A stretch of DNA of 64,000 bases from NCBI RefSeq assembly GCF_009914755.1, contig NC_060931.1. The stretch is one strand, 5' to 3'. Shown piece by piece: positions 42,325 through 55,205 of the stretch. Position 1 is the first letter of the stretch; each line of letters opens with the position of its first letter. The position numbers were made by a program, and so were the translations under genes. The DNA comes from the human T2T-CHM13v2.0 reference genome, Homo sapiens. Below the pieces are notes generated by a model. It made no database searches, was not told the origin of the DNA, and saw only the letters and a program-made list of their open reading frames with translations.

Positions 42325-43559
42325 ATATTATATATGTACTTTGTCAGTGTATTATAGGCAGAACATACATCAAACATCAAATATATAGATGGTTTTTTTT
42401 TAGTATCCAAGTCTAGGGTTCTGAAGAAGAAATAACTTTTCTTATCTTTGTGCATTGCCTTGAATTTAACTCTAAGCCCATTTTAATATTTACGATCTCA
42501 GTTGATATGATTGCTCCTAGTTTTATTTTATACAGTTCCACATTACAATGTAATTTCTTGATTAATCTTGATTCCGTTTCAGGAAAGGCTGAGAAGAGGG
42601 TTCTTGGGTAAGTATTTTCAGAAAGAGTATTTCAGAGTTTCAACATCTCTATCCATTCAGGCTCCTGAATTAGCAGTATGGCCTCACACCAACATGTACA
42701 GAGGTTTTTGTGTTTGTTTGTTTTTTCTGGTTCTAATGGGTGATAATTGGTGAACAATCTTTTCTCTATGGTGGAACAGTTAAGAATGAAAACAAATGTT
42801 ATTCTTTTAGCTATTTTATTAGAAGATATTTGCCATGATGATAAAAAAGGACTCCATAAAATCTATGAGACTAAACACCAGGAAAGCAAACACAGGATGA
42901 CCCCGTTATACACATTTAAATCAAATTCCACTTGTTTGGGAAAACTCTTGTAACTAACATAAGTTTGAATCTAGATTGTATCACTGGATTTATAAGCAAA
43001 GCTTTCTACATGTTTATCATTTAAAAACTTGGTAAATATCTATTTTTCATTCTACAATTTGAACACAATCTCATATTATTTGAAAGTTTGTTAAAAAACA
43101 AGAAAGGAAGTTAAGAAATCAGACAGAACTGTGTGTAAACTTTGCATTTGTTCTCTATTTGCTGAGTAAAACCTTCTATTACTTAGTCTGTTTGAGCTAT
43201 TTCCACCTTTCTTATCCCGTCAAACTCAGTTACATGCGAGTATATCACAAGCTCATTTCAGACAGGTACAATCTGACAAATTTCTCTCTACATTTTCCAG
43301 AAAGCTACTTGAGATACACTTCCCCCAAAATCAGGAATTATACAGAGAAGGAGGCAGACATGCTAAAGAACATGAAAGTGGAAGATTCAACATAGGAGAT
43401 GAGAAAGGAAATGCGAGGGGGGATAATGAAAGAGGAACATTTGAAGGGAATTGCACCAAGCAGAGAGGACAACTGGTCCATTGGGAGCAGTGAAATTCAA
43501 AAGACAGGCTAAGAGTTTTCATCACAACCTCTGTCTTGGTGCCATGTTTTTAACATGGT

Positions 43560-44420
43560 AGAACTACTGGAGGATACGCTTCACCCAAATAATAGAGTAA
43601 GCCAAGGAAGGGAAGTCCTGGTATACAAGAAATAAGCATTCAACTTAGGATGATGGTAAAGGTAGACAACAGGGCAACATGCCTAGGCAATGCAGGGGAT
43701 TAAAGACCTCCAGTAGTAAGACCTGCAAAGAAAATCTGGATTTACAGTTTACTGAACTTTATTATTTTTTAGAAAATGACACTGATAATATAATAAAAAC
43801 TACAAACCAATCTAGTAAACACACAAATATCCAAGCAAATAAAAACAAACAAGAGGCCAAGCACAGTGGCTCATGCTTGTAATCCAGCACTTTAAGAGGC
43901 CGAGGTGATGGGATTACTTGAGCCCAAAAGTCCAAGACCAGCCTGGGCAACATAGTGAGATTCTGTCTCTACTAAACAAACAAACAAGGAATCCTAAATT
44001 TCAGAACAAACTGAAAGGAGTAAATGTGATCCTTTTATGGCAAGGTAATAATTTAAACACCATGAACCCTAATGTTGCTTTAACCCCAAATTTTAACAAG
44101 ATTATAATAAGAGAATGAGGAACGTAAAAGAAACAGGATAGCAACATAATAGATGTAAATCCTCATCTATCATAACAGGAAGCCCATAGTATCTAAAATT
44201 GATGAGTCCAATGACAGCAATTTATTCACATGTTGAGAACTATGGAAACTAAACAACGAAAAGACACAAATGTTTTGTTTTGGAGAGGGAGACTGGTCAG
44301 GGAGGGAAGTGATGCAGCAGAGAGTCATTTAGTTTTAATCCTTTTAATTTACTACTTAACTTTTTATGCTATTGTGTACATGTTGCTTTGATAAAATAGA
44401 ATTCAATTAAAATAATATTC
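43560..44420 (+). mobile_element. HAL1 3' fragment, interrupted by FLAM
   Basis: 'aactactggaggatacgcttcacccaaataatagagtaagccaaggaaggg', 'aggatgatggtaaagg', 'cctcatctatcataacaggaag...tctaaaattgatga'. Confidence 0.65.
43855..43975 (+). mobile_element. FLAM_C / AluJ left monomer
   Basis: Monomer with 'ggattacttgagccc...gcctgggcaacatagtgaga'; TSD-like aaacaaacaag. Confidence 0.85.
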
Positions 44421-47129
44421 ATGATACAGGTTTTAAGCCTCTTAGGTATTATCAGGCTCACTTCTCTAGGTAACATCCATCTGTTTCACTAATGTCCACT
44501 TGTTTCCACTTTGACACTTGTGTGGAAATATGATCCTCACACATAGAACAGGTCTATACTGTACATTCAATTATGCTGCTCAGCAGGTCCAATCCCACAT
44601 AAAGATTCAGTAGAAAACATACAGGATGAGGCATTATTGACGAAGTCTATAGAGAAGGAAATTCTGTCTTTTCTCTGCAAAAAAAAGAGGCTGCCTAGCA
44701 ACCATTATCCTGCACACTGAGGAGAGACTAGACTACAAATTTATTTCCATTTCTCTATGTATTATGAGATTCAACTTAACAAAAATAAAACCTTACATCC
44801 CTTATTAGTTTGGAATCATTTTAGTTCTATCAAATCTACCTTTCTTATGAATCAACATTATGGAAAAATTTAAAAAATGTGTTTAAGAAGAAACAAGTGC
44901 ATTAAATTTCCTGCAATGTGCAAACATTATTTTTCTTTCTAACTGGTTAAATAGTTTTAAAATAATATGTGCAAAACGAATACCAAACAGTAAGCCGATG
45001 ATGTAAAGCATTCACGGTTTGAGAGTTGGAGGTGAGTGAGTTCCATTATGTTTCATTGCATTATTCTTTCCACTTGAGTAAATGTACTGTACCCAATTTG
45101 GACTTAGTCATGCTGTAGTTTGCCTGTCAGAAAATTTGCATTTCTGTGATCAAAATGAAAGTTACGTTTGAGATTTATTGGAAAAGTGGGTGTAGAAAAG
45201 GCTTTAAGTGCTTCTGAGATCATTTCTCTTTTATGATGATTTGTAAAGAGCTTTGGAAACAAGGTGCAAAGCTTCTAGGAGTGTCAGGAGCAAAGCTCCT
45301 GGTGGGTGCAAGATTTGTTCTCAATCAGTGCACACTCCATTAACTCTTTACCCGGAATGAGTCACGAGTGCTTTTCTTTGGTATAAAAATGAAGGGATAA
45401 CAAGAGCAAGAATCTTTTATTTTCTTCTCTCTCAACTTTGGGCATTTAACAACCAATAAAAATGCATTAAACAATTACATATCTCCCAATGCTTTTACTT
45501 AAGTTATAAAGTCAATAGCAATTTATGTAGGAAATTAAGCCCCTCTCCCCTCCAGCAGCTGTAGTAAGAGTGCAGGGAAAAAACACTTTATGGTTTGCCT
45601 GTCCAAAGTCTTTGGATAGGTATTTTTCTGAAGATGTCTGACTTCTTTTACAAGAGCTGTGGTGTGTTTTCTAGGGTTCTGCAGACTTAACGTCACAATT
45701 CCTCTCAATGAATCCAAAGAACAGCAACAGTTCATTCTGTCTCTAAAAATTACCTGGATTTGGGCAGGAGTGAATTCCTATTTTGCATTAAAAAAATCTT
45801 CTGTCTCCTATCATTACCTTCAAAATTCATATTGAAAGCCTATTGTGAAAATGCTGTAAGACTTCATATAATACCATGCACTGTGTATGAACTATAAACA
45901 GTCATTGTTAATGATAACATGAGCTCCAAAAGTCCCAGTTCTTTTTCTGGGAACTTGAGGGCAATTGTGATGCCAGTACCTTTGATCTTCTATCTAAGAA
46001 TCATTATAGCTAATAAGCTGGGAAAATGTGGAGATGCGATCTTTTGTCAGAGAAAGAATATAAAAGCAACTTCTGTTTCATGAAACTGGTTGACTGTTCA
46101 GACCACGGTGGAAGTCGTCCCTCTAGGAGGGAGGAAAATGAATACCAGCTGGAATATTTAAGATTGCCCTAGATTTTCATTTCCAATAAGGGGATAAAAT
46201 TACTTTCCCTTTGGCAGGAACAACATTTTCTAAGCTAGTTACTGCTGAAGGTTTTGTCCTTCCGAGATTCCTTCATGCTTTCGTGCAGCAAGCAACAGGC
46301 TCCATATTAAACTGTGACCCTCAGTCTAAGAGGAATAAATGCACCTCCCCTGCAACACTGCCTTCTTCCCCCCATATTCTGCTCACCTCAGTGGGGATCC
46401 ACAATAATAAATCACTCTGTGCTCAAGACTGCCAGGGTGAACAATACATCATAATAATTCTCCTACCGTTCAGAAAGTTCTCAATTCTTAGAAGATTTTT
46501 AATCACAGTGGAAACACAAGGGTGTTAATGAGTTCTATAAATTAAGTTAAAGCAGGGTAATTATGTCCTATGTTGCAATAAAGGCTGGGTGGCCAATATT
46601 ATTAAGGCAAATTAAACACTTTCTTTGATTGTGAAGATAAATTGAATAAAAATATTACTGTAAACAAGGGGGTCTTTTGTTATGTACACATTAATTATGA
46701 AGTGGAAACTGGAAATGCTGCCCAGGCTTTACCTGAGCCTATCCATGGCTGAGATTCTTGAGATGCGTGAGCAGCTGTGTGTGGCACAGGGAGGAAAGGA
46801 GGGGCAGCATTTACACCAGCGCTGCACCCCAGACCGCAGTCTAGCAGAATACAGTCACCTCATCTAGCTCAGTCACCATGCCTGCATCTTTTTCAGATAA
46901 GCATATTTAGTTTGTAGATTTCTTATTTGAGATTATGATGAGCATGTGACACAGATATTCTAGCACGTTAATAAATGAATAAAGAAAAAAGAAACAAGAA
47001 AAGGCTTGAAGATGCTCTCTCCCCAAGTAATTATTTAATCACTTTAAATATTGTTATTTACTATAAATATGATACAAATGGTGAATATGACAAAATCTTC
47101 CCAATATCTCATATTTTGGATATATTGAT

Positions 47130-47340
47130 AATATGCTAAGATTGTTCTATTGCTTTATACCAATGGCTTCCTTGAATAAAACAACCCTACAAATCAAGTA
47201 CTACTATTTTCAACACAGAGAAATGGAGACTGAGGCAGAGATTAATTGCATAACTTGTCAAAATTATAACTAATGCTACAGCATGCATTTAGATTCAAGC
47301 ATAAAACTTTTCCATTCCAAAGTCTATATTCATAATCATT
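47130..47340 (-). mobile_element. MIR
   Basis: 'acaaccctac...actactatt...ggagactgaggcagaga...taacttgtcaaa'. Confidence 0.65.
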
Positions 47341-47614
47341 GCAAAACATGGCTTATCAATCACTTCCCACCACGTGAAAGAAAGCCCCTTACTATACTGG
47401 AGCAAGAGTAAGCAACAAGAGAGGAAAAGGGAAAGCCTACAATCTCTGATGAAAACTAGAAATTAAAACCACAGAAGTTGTTTAAGTATCAAGCAACAAT
47501 ATGCTGAGAAACCCAGTTAGCCAAACAGGGATTGGCAAAGATTTATTTGTATGAAGGACAAAAGTGTTAGTATTCTTTTTTCTATTTCTGCAATGCTTTT
47601 GAATACAATGTACA

Positions 47615-47850
47615 GAGAAGCAGTTTGGTAAGGTTAGTAAGAGGACCAACTAAACAGTGCCAGGATTCCAGTCCTACTTCCCTTTTCACAACTGTAAGGT
47701 GTTGGGCACACTAGTAATCTTAGTCTTCCCTTCCTCATATGTAAACTGGATACAACTTTGATACTCCACAGGCTGGTGGGAAATTTCGATTAGTTAATAG
47801 ATGTAAGGCACTGAGAAGGCAGTGTACATATGTCTGTTATATTAGTATTA
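47615..47850 (+). mobile_element. MIR
   Basis: 'gttgggca...ttcctcatatgtaaactgga...ttaatagatgtaaggcactgagaa'. Confidence 0.7.
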
Positions 47851-48360
47851 GATGTTTTAATTTTTAAGAATCCTACAAGAACTTTTTTTTTCTGGTAGGG
47901 CTCTGAAGAATTTCAGTGCTTTTCCTAAAATTATTTTTTTTCTTTTTCTGTATTTTATTTCATTAGAAATGGTGGAATGTCCATATCTCCCTCTTTTTTT
48001 GGCTATAAATATTAAAGACAAATTTGTGCTCAATCCATATGAGGTGTGTGGGCTCATACTTGAGGGCCATCTGGCAGCATTTCTCACAGGAAAAGAGACA
48101 GACATGACTTATCCTATGAATGAGAGGTGCCCCTTCCCTTGTTTACTAATCTCCCGCATCCATTTGGAGTCTGCACACTGAACTGAGGAGGGTCTATCCG
48201 CATAGAGAGTGACCTACTTCTCCCTTCTTTCAATGGCAATTTTCAAATTAAATCTCAAGCATATCAGATGAGAAGTATGCAATTTTGTACAGGTCTTTTT
48301 TTCTCTACACTTGTCCCGTTGTATTTCCTCATCAACCTCTCAACCTCTCATCTATGCTAT

Positions 48361-48820
48361 TGTATTATTCAGCGTTCTACAGAACCAGAGAATATAACTA
48401 GAGATCTATAGAAAGAGATTTATTATGAGCAATTGGCTCACACTCTTATGGAGACAGAAAAGTCCCACTATCCACTGTCTGCAAGCAGGAGACCCAGAAA
48501 AGTGGATGTTACAGTGACAGTCCAAGCCCAAAAGTCTGAGGACCAGCTGAGCTGACGTTCAATGACAGGGGAAGCTGGATAGCCCAGATCAAGCAAAGAG
48601 GAAATGTGCCCTTCTCCTTGCTTTTTGTTTTCTTCAGTCCCCAAAAGGATTGAATCATGCCTGCCCATGCTGGTGAGGGCAATCCTCTTCACTCTGTCTA
48701 CTGATTCAAATTTTCGTTTTTTCTGGAAACACTCTCACAGACACACCCATAAAGTATGTTTTATCAGCTGTCTGGGCATCCCTTAGCCCAGTCAAGTGGA
48801 CACCTAAAATTAGTCTTCAT
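48361..48820 (-). mobile_element. MLT2B-like ERVL solo LTR
   Basis: 'gagatttattatgagcaattggctcac', 'tgtctgcaagcaggagacccagaaa', 'ggcatcccttagcccagtcaagtggacacctaaaatta'. Confidence 0.9.
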
Positions 48821-48960
48821 AGTCTCCCTTGAATCAACATGAGAATGTAAGCTACACGAGGGCAAGGGTTATTTCTACTTCGTTTAGTGCTATATCTCCA
48901 CATCCTAGAATGGCTTCTCACATGTAGGCTTTTAATAATATTTACTAAATTAATGAATGT
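48821..48960 (+). mobile_element. L2 3' end
   Basis: 'gaatgtaagctacacgagggcaaggg...tgctatatctcca...aataatatttactaaattaatgaatg'. Confidence 0.75.
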
Positions 48961-50650
48961 TTAATGATCATGTATTTTTACAACCTCCCTTAAATAATTT
49001 TGGAAATAAGATGAGATATAAATATATAAATAAGTAATATACTGCATTGCACATAACAGCAAATATTCTACATACTTGGCATGCTCCCCCAATTCCTCCC
49101 TTATACACACATGCACCTGTATATACCTAGGAACTGTTAACTCCAAGTAGAAAAATAATAATTAGGTCAAAACTTTATATCTGGGTATTATTAAGGTATT
49201 AATGAGAAGCCTAAATAATACAAATTAATAATATATTTAAATCAGCATAAAGTATAAGCTTTTTAATGTTTTAAGCTTAATCTATACATGAGAAAATTGA
49301 ATGACATATACATTTGATTTCCAAAGAAAATGAAAGTATTCACTATGTTGGCTTTGCTTTTAGTGAGTCTCAGGCCATGCAAATTAAGAGAAAATAATCT
49401 CTTCTCTCTCTCTGACAGCCAGGTTCATGGAGCTTCACCGCCCACTGGTCCCATACCACCCACTGGTCCCATACCATGATGTAGCTACTGGGGTTGTGAC
49501 AAATGTCTTAGAAGATCCAAGTTTTAATTAGCACAATTATAAGTTGATGATTTCAGGTATTTATGATTTTTTCATTCATATTAATTTTTAAGTTCTTATT
49601 TCATTTTTCCCCTATCAGCGCTTATGGAAAACCAACATCCAATCTCTCTGTCTGCCCCTCAGGACTGGAATCTGGTGAGGAGGAGTGAAGACACGGAGAG
49701 TCCAGCCTGAAGACGTGAAGCAGAGGCGTCACCAAGGCACCCTGTTCCTCCAGTTGATAGAAAACACATTCTGTGTTTCTTTTATCTGCTTTTTCCTGCC
49801 CACATCCTCACATACTAACTGGTTTGAATGCAAGGGGAAAGAGAGAAAATTACATCTGAGGTGTATTTTAGTCCATGCTGGGGCAAGGCAGGGATGCAGA
49901 AGTGTATTTCTCTACTTCATCCTTCATCCAGCAGAGTTGGACAAGGATTCTTCTGGAGTTTAAGGCAAGAATCATCACTGAGATGTTTTTAATTGTAACC
50001 TTTCCTGCACTTGCCCTAAGATCATATATTTCCCCTAGATAATGGGTATAGAGGATGGGTGGGCTAGGGCTGGACTTTGGCTTCTGATAATTTGTGTTCT
50101 CTTCAATTTCTGTCATCTTTATTTCCTGGCCTTTCCCAGCATTCTTCTTAAGTACTGATTTGATATTACCCTTAATATTCACTTTTTCCATTTGAGTGCT
50201 TTTATTTCTTCTGACAATTTTTTATTTTATACCAAATGTAAAAGATGTAAGAAATTTAAGAGATCTCCAAATACAAATGATATCAATTCCTTTCCAAGAG
50301 CATTATCGGGTTATGGGTTTACATGCATTTTACAAAGTGTTTGGCCAAGTTCATTATATTTTCTTGCATAAAATCAGTGGGGTAGAAGGCAGTGTGTCTG
50401 GAAGAGCCCAACAAGGCTCTCCCCTTTGCTCTTTTGAATTGGGCACCTTCATTAAGTTCCAGGGACATACTGATTAGATTAGAGGCCATCATTAGAGTTT
50501 TAGATTGCAATGCATGAAACAAATTATGTTGGTATACAGTTACAGTAAGGCAGGTTTAACAAGATGAATATTAAATCTTATAAACTATCTTAAAGGTTAG
50601 GTGGTAGCCACATCCACAATTCTATCTCAGTGTTTAAAACAAATTCCACC

Positions 50651-50955
50651 AGCCAGGCATGGTGGCTCATGCCTGTAATCCCAGCACTTTGTGAGGCCAA
50701 GGTGGGCGGATCACTAGGTCAGGAGATTGAGACCACCCTGGCTAACAAGGTGAAATCCCGTCTCTACTAAAAAAATAGAAAAATTAGCCGGGCGTGGTGG
50801 TGGGCGCCTGTAGTCCCAGCTGCTCAGGAGGCTGAGGCAGGAGAATGGTGTGAACCCCGGAGGCGGGAGGCGGAGTTTGCAGTGAGCCGAGATTGCGCCA
50901 CGGCACTCCAGCCTGGGCAACAGAGCGAGACTCCGTATCAAAAAAAAGAAAAAAA
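50651..50955 (+). mobile_element. AluY-like, full length
   Basis: Y diagnostics 'ctggctaaca' and 'gagaatggtgtgaaccc'; internal ggaggcg duplication; TSD-like tccacca. Confidence 0.94.
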
Positions 50956-50980
50956 AATCCACCATTTATTATTTATACAG

Positions 50981-51086
50981 TTTTTTGTTTTTTGTTTTTT
51001 GTTTTTGAGACTGGAGTCTTGCACTGTTACCCAAGCTGGAGTGCAGTGGTGTGATCTCAGCTCACTGCAAGCTCTGCCTCCTGGGT
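50981..51086 (-). mobile_element. 5'-truncated AluY-like fragment
   Basis: T-rich tail plus 'gagactggagtcttgc...gcaagctctgcctcctgggt'; TSD atttatacag / atttacacag. Confidence 0.9.
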
Positions 51087-51423
51087 ATTTACACAGATTT
51101 AAGAGGAAGTATGAAGAATTATGAACCCATTATATTGTCTCAAAATACTGGGTTAAGACCCTCACACAAAATTATGGCAATGAAATCTGTACTCGCATTG
51201 ACTAATGTAATCAGAAAGTGCTATTCAAAACATGGAAATGGATTATCACCCTCTACTCTGCCTCAGTCATACCTTTCCTATGGCATGCCTATGTTTTCTA
51301 GTCAAAGGCCACCAGGAACACACTTGAGGGTGAATAACTTGAGTTTGTTATTTGTTACAGCAAAGGAAAACACACACCCATGGGAGACGTAGGGAATTTC
51401 TGTAGGAGGATGATAGCAAGAAC

Positions 51424-51845
51424 TTATTAACTGTAGTCACTATGCTGTCCAATATATCACTGAAACTTATACCTGTCTATCTGAAAGTCTGTACCCTTTG
51501 ACTAACATCTCCCTTTCCCAGCCCAGGCCCTCCCAGCCTCTGGCAACCACTATTCTACTCTCTACTTCTATGATTTCAACTCTTTTAGATTCCACATGTA
51601 AATGACATCATGCAGTATTTGTATTTCTGTGCCTGTCTTATTCCTCTTAGCATAATGTCCTCCAGGTTCACCCATGTTGTCAAAAATGATGGGACTTCCT
51701 TCTCTTTTAAGGCTGAATAGTATTCCATTTAGTATGTATACCACATTTTTATCCATTTATTTGTTGATGGACCCTCAGTTTGCTTCTATATCTTGACTGC
51801 TGTGAATAATGCTGCAATAAACGTGAGAAAGCAGGTATCTCTTTT
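51424..51845 (-). mobile_element. L1MA7/8-like 3' fragment
   Basis: 'ttattaactgtagtcactatgctgt', 'cagcctctggcaaccactattctactctctacttctatg', 'ttagcataatgtcctccaggttca'. Confidence 0.88.
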
Positions 51846-54800
51846 ACTGTATCATAAAGATCAGGGCAGGTAGGAAAGTTAGACACCACTTAGTCAATAA
51901 AACTATGCCCCAAATTAATGCCTTCCTCAGATTACCCTCTCCCTCACAGTTAATTCCTCCATTCTCTTCCTTTCTGATGCATCTTGAAGAAATACCCAGT
52001 ATTACATATTCCCCTGTGTCATCTTAAATTCTGTATCAATCCATCTCTCAAGCTAATTGCAAAACCCCTCAGGGCATGTGCACAAGGGGTGTCATCCCAG
52101 CACCTAGTGCAGTGTCTGACACATGGACAAACATGTCTCCTCTTTCTAAATTAAATGTTTTCTTCATTTATTGGTTTTTCTTCCTGAAGCCAAATGTATG
52201 GATTTATGTTTATCATTATTAACTATTATTAAGATATTGCCCTTTACAACAAAGTGTTTATGTATTTTTAAATCCCACCCTATCTAACATAACAGGGTCA
52301 TGATCAAATTATCAACTCCAATTGCTTTTTGCAATTTTTCCCTTATACAAGTGGAAATAAATACATCTTCATAGTGTAAATCAAAGACAACCTTAAAGCA
52401 AACTTCTTAATTTTTTCTTGCTAGTTGCTATTAATCATATCATCAGAAATTTTTTTAAATTATTTTTCAGCTCACCTATTTTTAAGTGGGTTATAAGTCT
52501 CTTAAAATAAACTGAAAGTCTATTTTACCAAAAATTAAAATAACCTATTTCTCTGGCAGTACCCTTATATTCTGTTAATACTACTCTGGGTTTTTTAAAA
52601 TGAGCTTTTCCTTGTACAATTTGCTAAGCAGTACTAGCTCCTGGAATAAACTGCTATCATTTCTGTGTTTCTCAAAGCCTCATTTCATAGTTCATTCTAG
52701 TGAGCATGAGAATTTGAGCCAAGGCCTTTGGCCATTCTTTCCCCTCCAACTCCAAGCCCAGATACAATTATAATCTCCAAAACTAGGAAACAGGAATACT
52801 CATGGGCAAGAAACAAAAAAGATTTCTCATAAAGGCATCTGGACCAAGCTGATAAAGTAAAAATAATAAAAAAGGCTAAGCTAAGAATTATTGCTCACTT
52901 ATGTGTGATGAGTAATGTATTTGGAATTTTAAAAAGATTACTGAGCTCTTACTTGTAGTTTCTCCTTGTCCAATGGCTGGGAATACACTGTTTAATGGCA
53001 TCTAGACAAAACCCTGATATTGGAGGGGCTGAGGAACTATGTAAGATACTGAGAGAAAAAGAAAGTAAATTCCTCCAGCTGTCGGAATCTCCTGCAATCA
53101 GGAGTAGTGGCTTGGGGAAGTTGCTGGTGATACTCAGAAAACCACGAAGACACCACAGCCCAGCCGTGGTAGTCTGTTCCTTGATGGAAAAGCCTTTTTC
53201 TTATTATATGCAGCAGTATGTCAATGGAGATGAGACACAGCCTTACTAGACTCTTCTCTTGGATGCTGAGCAAAGCAAATGCTGAATGAAACAAAAGGTA
53301 TACAAAACAAAAGCAGTAACCTCTAGGGTGGCTGTTTCATCCACAGACAACCTCACTGACATGAAGCTAGACTGCTGGCACTACCCATGTTTCTTTCTTC
53401 CCTCCAGGTTGCCTGGATGAGGAGTGGGGTATGTAAAAATTTAGCAACCAGCTTTCAAGTGAGTGAAGACCAACAGCAATGGGTAAGTTAGTGAAAAATC
53501 TGCAAGGAAAAATCTGCTTAACCTGTTCATGGGAAATAACCCCTTGTTAGTCAAAGATGTGAACACAGAAATGAATAGAGAAATAAACAAATTAAATGTG
53601 GAGTTATGGAAAGATTTTGCATCATAAAAGGGGAAACGCTTAAAATATAATGTATTAAACTGAAGCAAGGTGTTGCTAACATTTGCATTATTAAACCTTA
53701 ATAAAATTGCAGGAAATACACATAATCAATCAACATCTCCACAAGTCCTCCAACCTGTTGGGTAACTCCCTGTATGATACCATAAGAGCCTGAGCTCTTT
53801 CTCACCTCTTCATAGCCCCGGGAATTTGAGGGGCAAATAAATTTCTCTTGTAATTTGCATAGATGTTTACATAACTTCTAGTATGTGACACTGTAAACAC
53901 ACTAGAATTTAATACTTATAAATGACCTCTAACATTCTAAGATATGCAAACAAAATTCAAAATTTGGGCCAACAGAGGTTGTTTAAGTTGAATGCTGTCT
54001 TTCTGTTGTTATTTATTTATTTTACTACAAGATTGACTCTAGAGATGCTCTTAATTCCAATATTAATGATTAATAATAAATTTGCATTTTTAACTGTAAG
54101 ATTTCAACGTGTATTACACCCAAACACATATACACATGCCTATACATGTGCGCACACACAAACACACACACACACAGTACTCCTAGAGGGTTCATATATC
54201 AAAAAATACAAAATTAAAAAATCGAAAGGAAACACAAAACTAAAATATAGACCTAGGTGATAGAAAACAAGACTGAATTTCTCTACAAAAGACAGACCCA
54301 TAAAACTAATTTTAAAAAGACAGGTGTATGCTGTTTGTGAAAGCCATATGTAAAATAAATGAGCAAGGATAATGTAAAAAGGTAAGGCATGATAAATCAG
54401 GGAAATGCAAGAGAAATGGGAAAGTGGGGAAAAATGGAAAAAAGATTAATATTATAGTTAAACCCCAAACAAAAAGCAAGATAAAGAAAAACTGGAGCGT
54501 ATTTAGATAGCTAAAACTTACATTAGACACTGATAATGTAAGTGCCATAGGTCTTTATGCTACATAAGAAGCATCTGCATTAATATTTTATAACCAAACC
54601 TCTGTAAGATCATCAAAAATGGCTGTTCAGCTTTTGGTTTCGTGCAGAAAATGCATTGATAGCACAGGTGGGTTGTGGCCTACTGCCAGCAGGCAGACCC
54701 CCTCTGCTGTAGCTGGCAGGACATAGGCACTTCTCTACCCCACTTTGCCAGGGGACCTGGGGTTGTAGGAGGGCCTGTTGCTGTCGATCTGGCATACTGT

Positions 54801-55080
54801 CCGTTTCACTTAATTTTTTCTGTTCTCCCCATGATCATGTCAGCTCCATGATGATAAGATTATTTTTGTCTGTTTTCTGGCAAAGTAAAGAATGGGCCAT
54901 GATTATTTACTGAGAATGAATAAAAGTGTGTGTTTCTCCACAATTCTCTTCTCTGGTCTGCCCATCGGACACCATCCACATCAGACTAATCCCATCTACC
55001 TTCTGGCACTTGAAGATAGTGAGCACATACACGAAAAAGCTCTCCCACCCACCTTTCATTCAAAATAAATACTCTGCTTG

Positions 55081-55205
55081 TTTATTTTAATAGACTTTAT
55101 TTTAAAGATCAGCTTTAGGTTCACAGCAAAACTGAGTGGAAGGTACACAGAGTGTCTATGCATCTCCTGCCCCACATACGGGTAGAATCACCCGTTATCA
55201 ATACC
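55081..55205 (-). mobile_element. L1MC1-like 3' terminus
   Basis: 'atagactttattttaaagatcagctttaggttcacagcaaaactgagtggaaggtacacagag'. Confidence 0.8.

Noticed and set aside
51305-51423. Possible ERVL LTR fragment
   Set aside because: Resemblance is too short and vague to name a family without a Dfam search.
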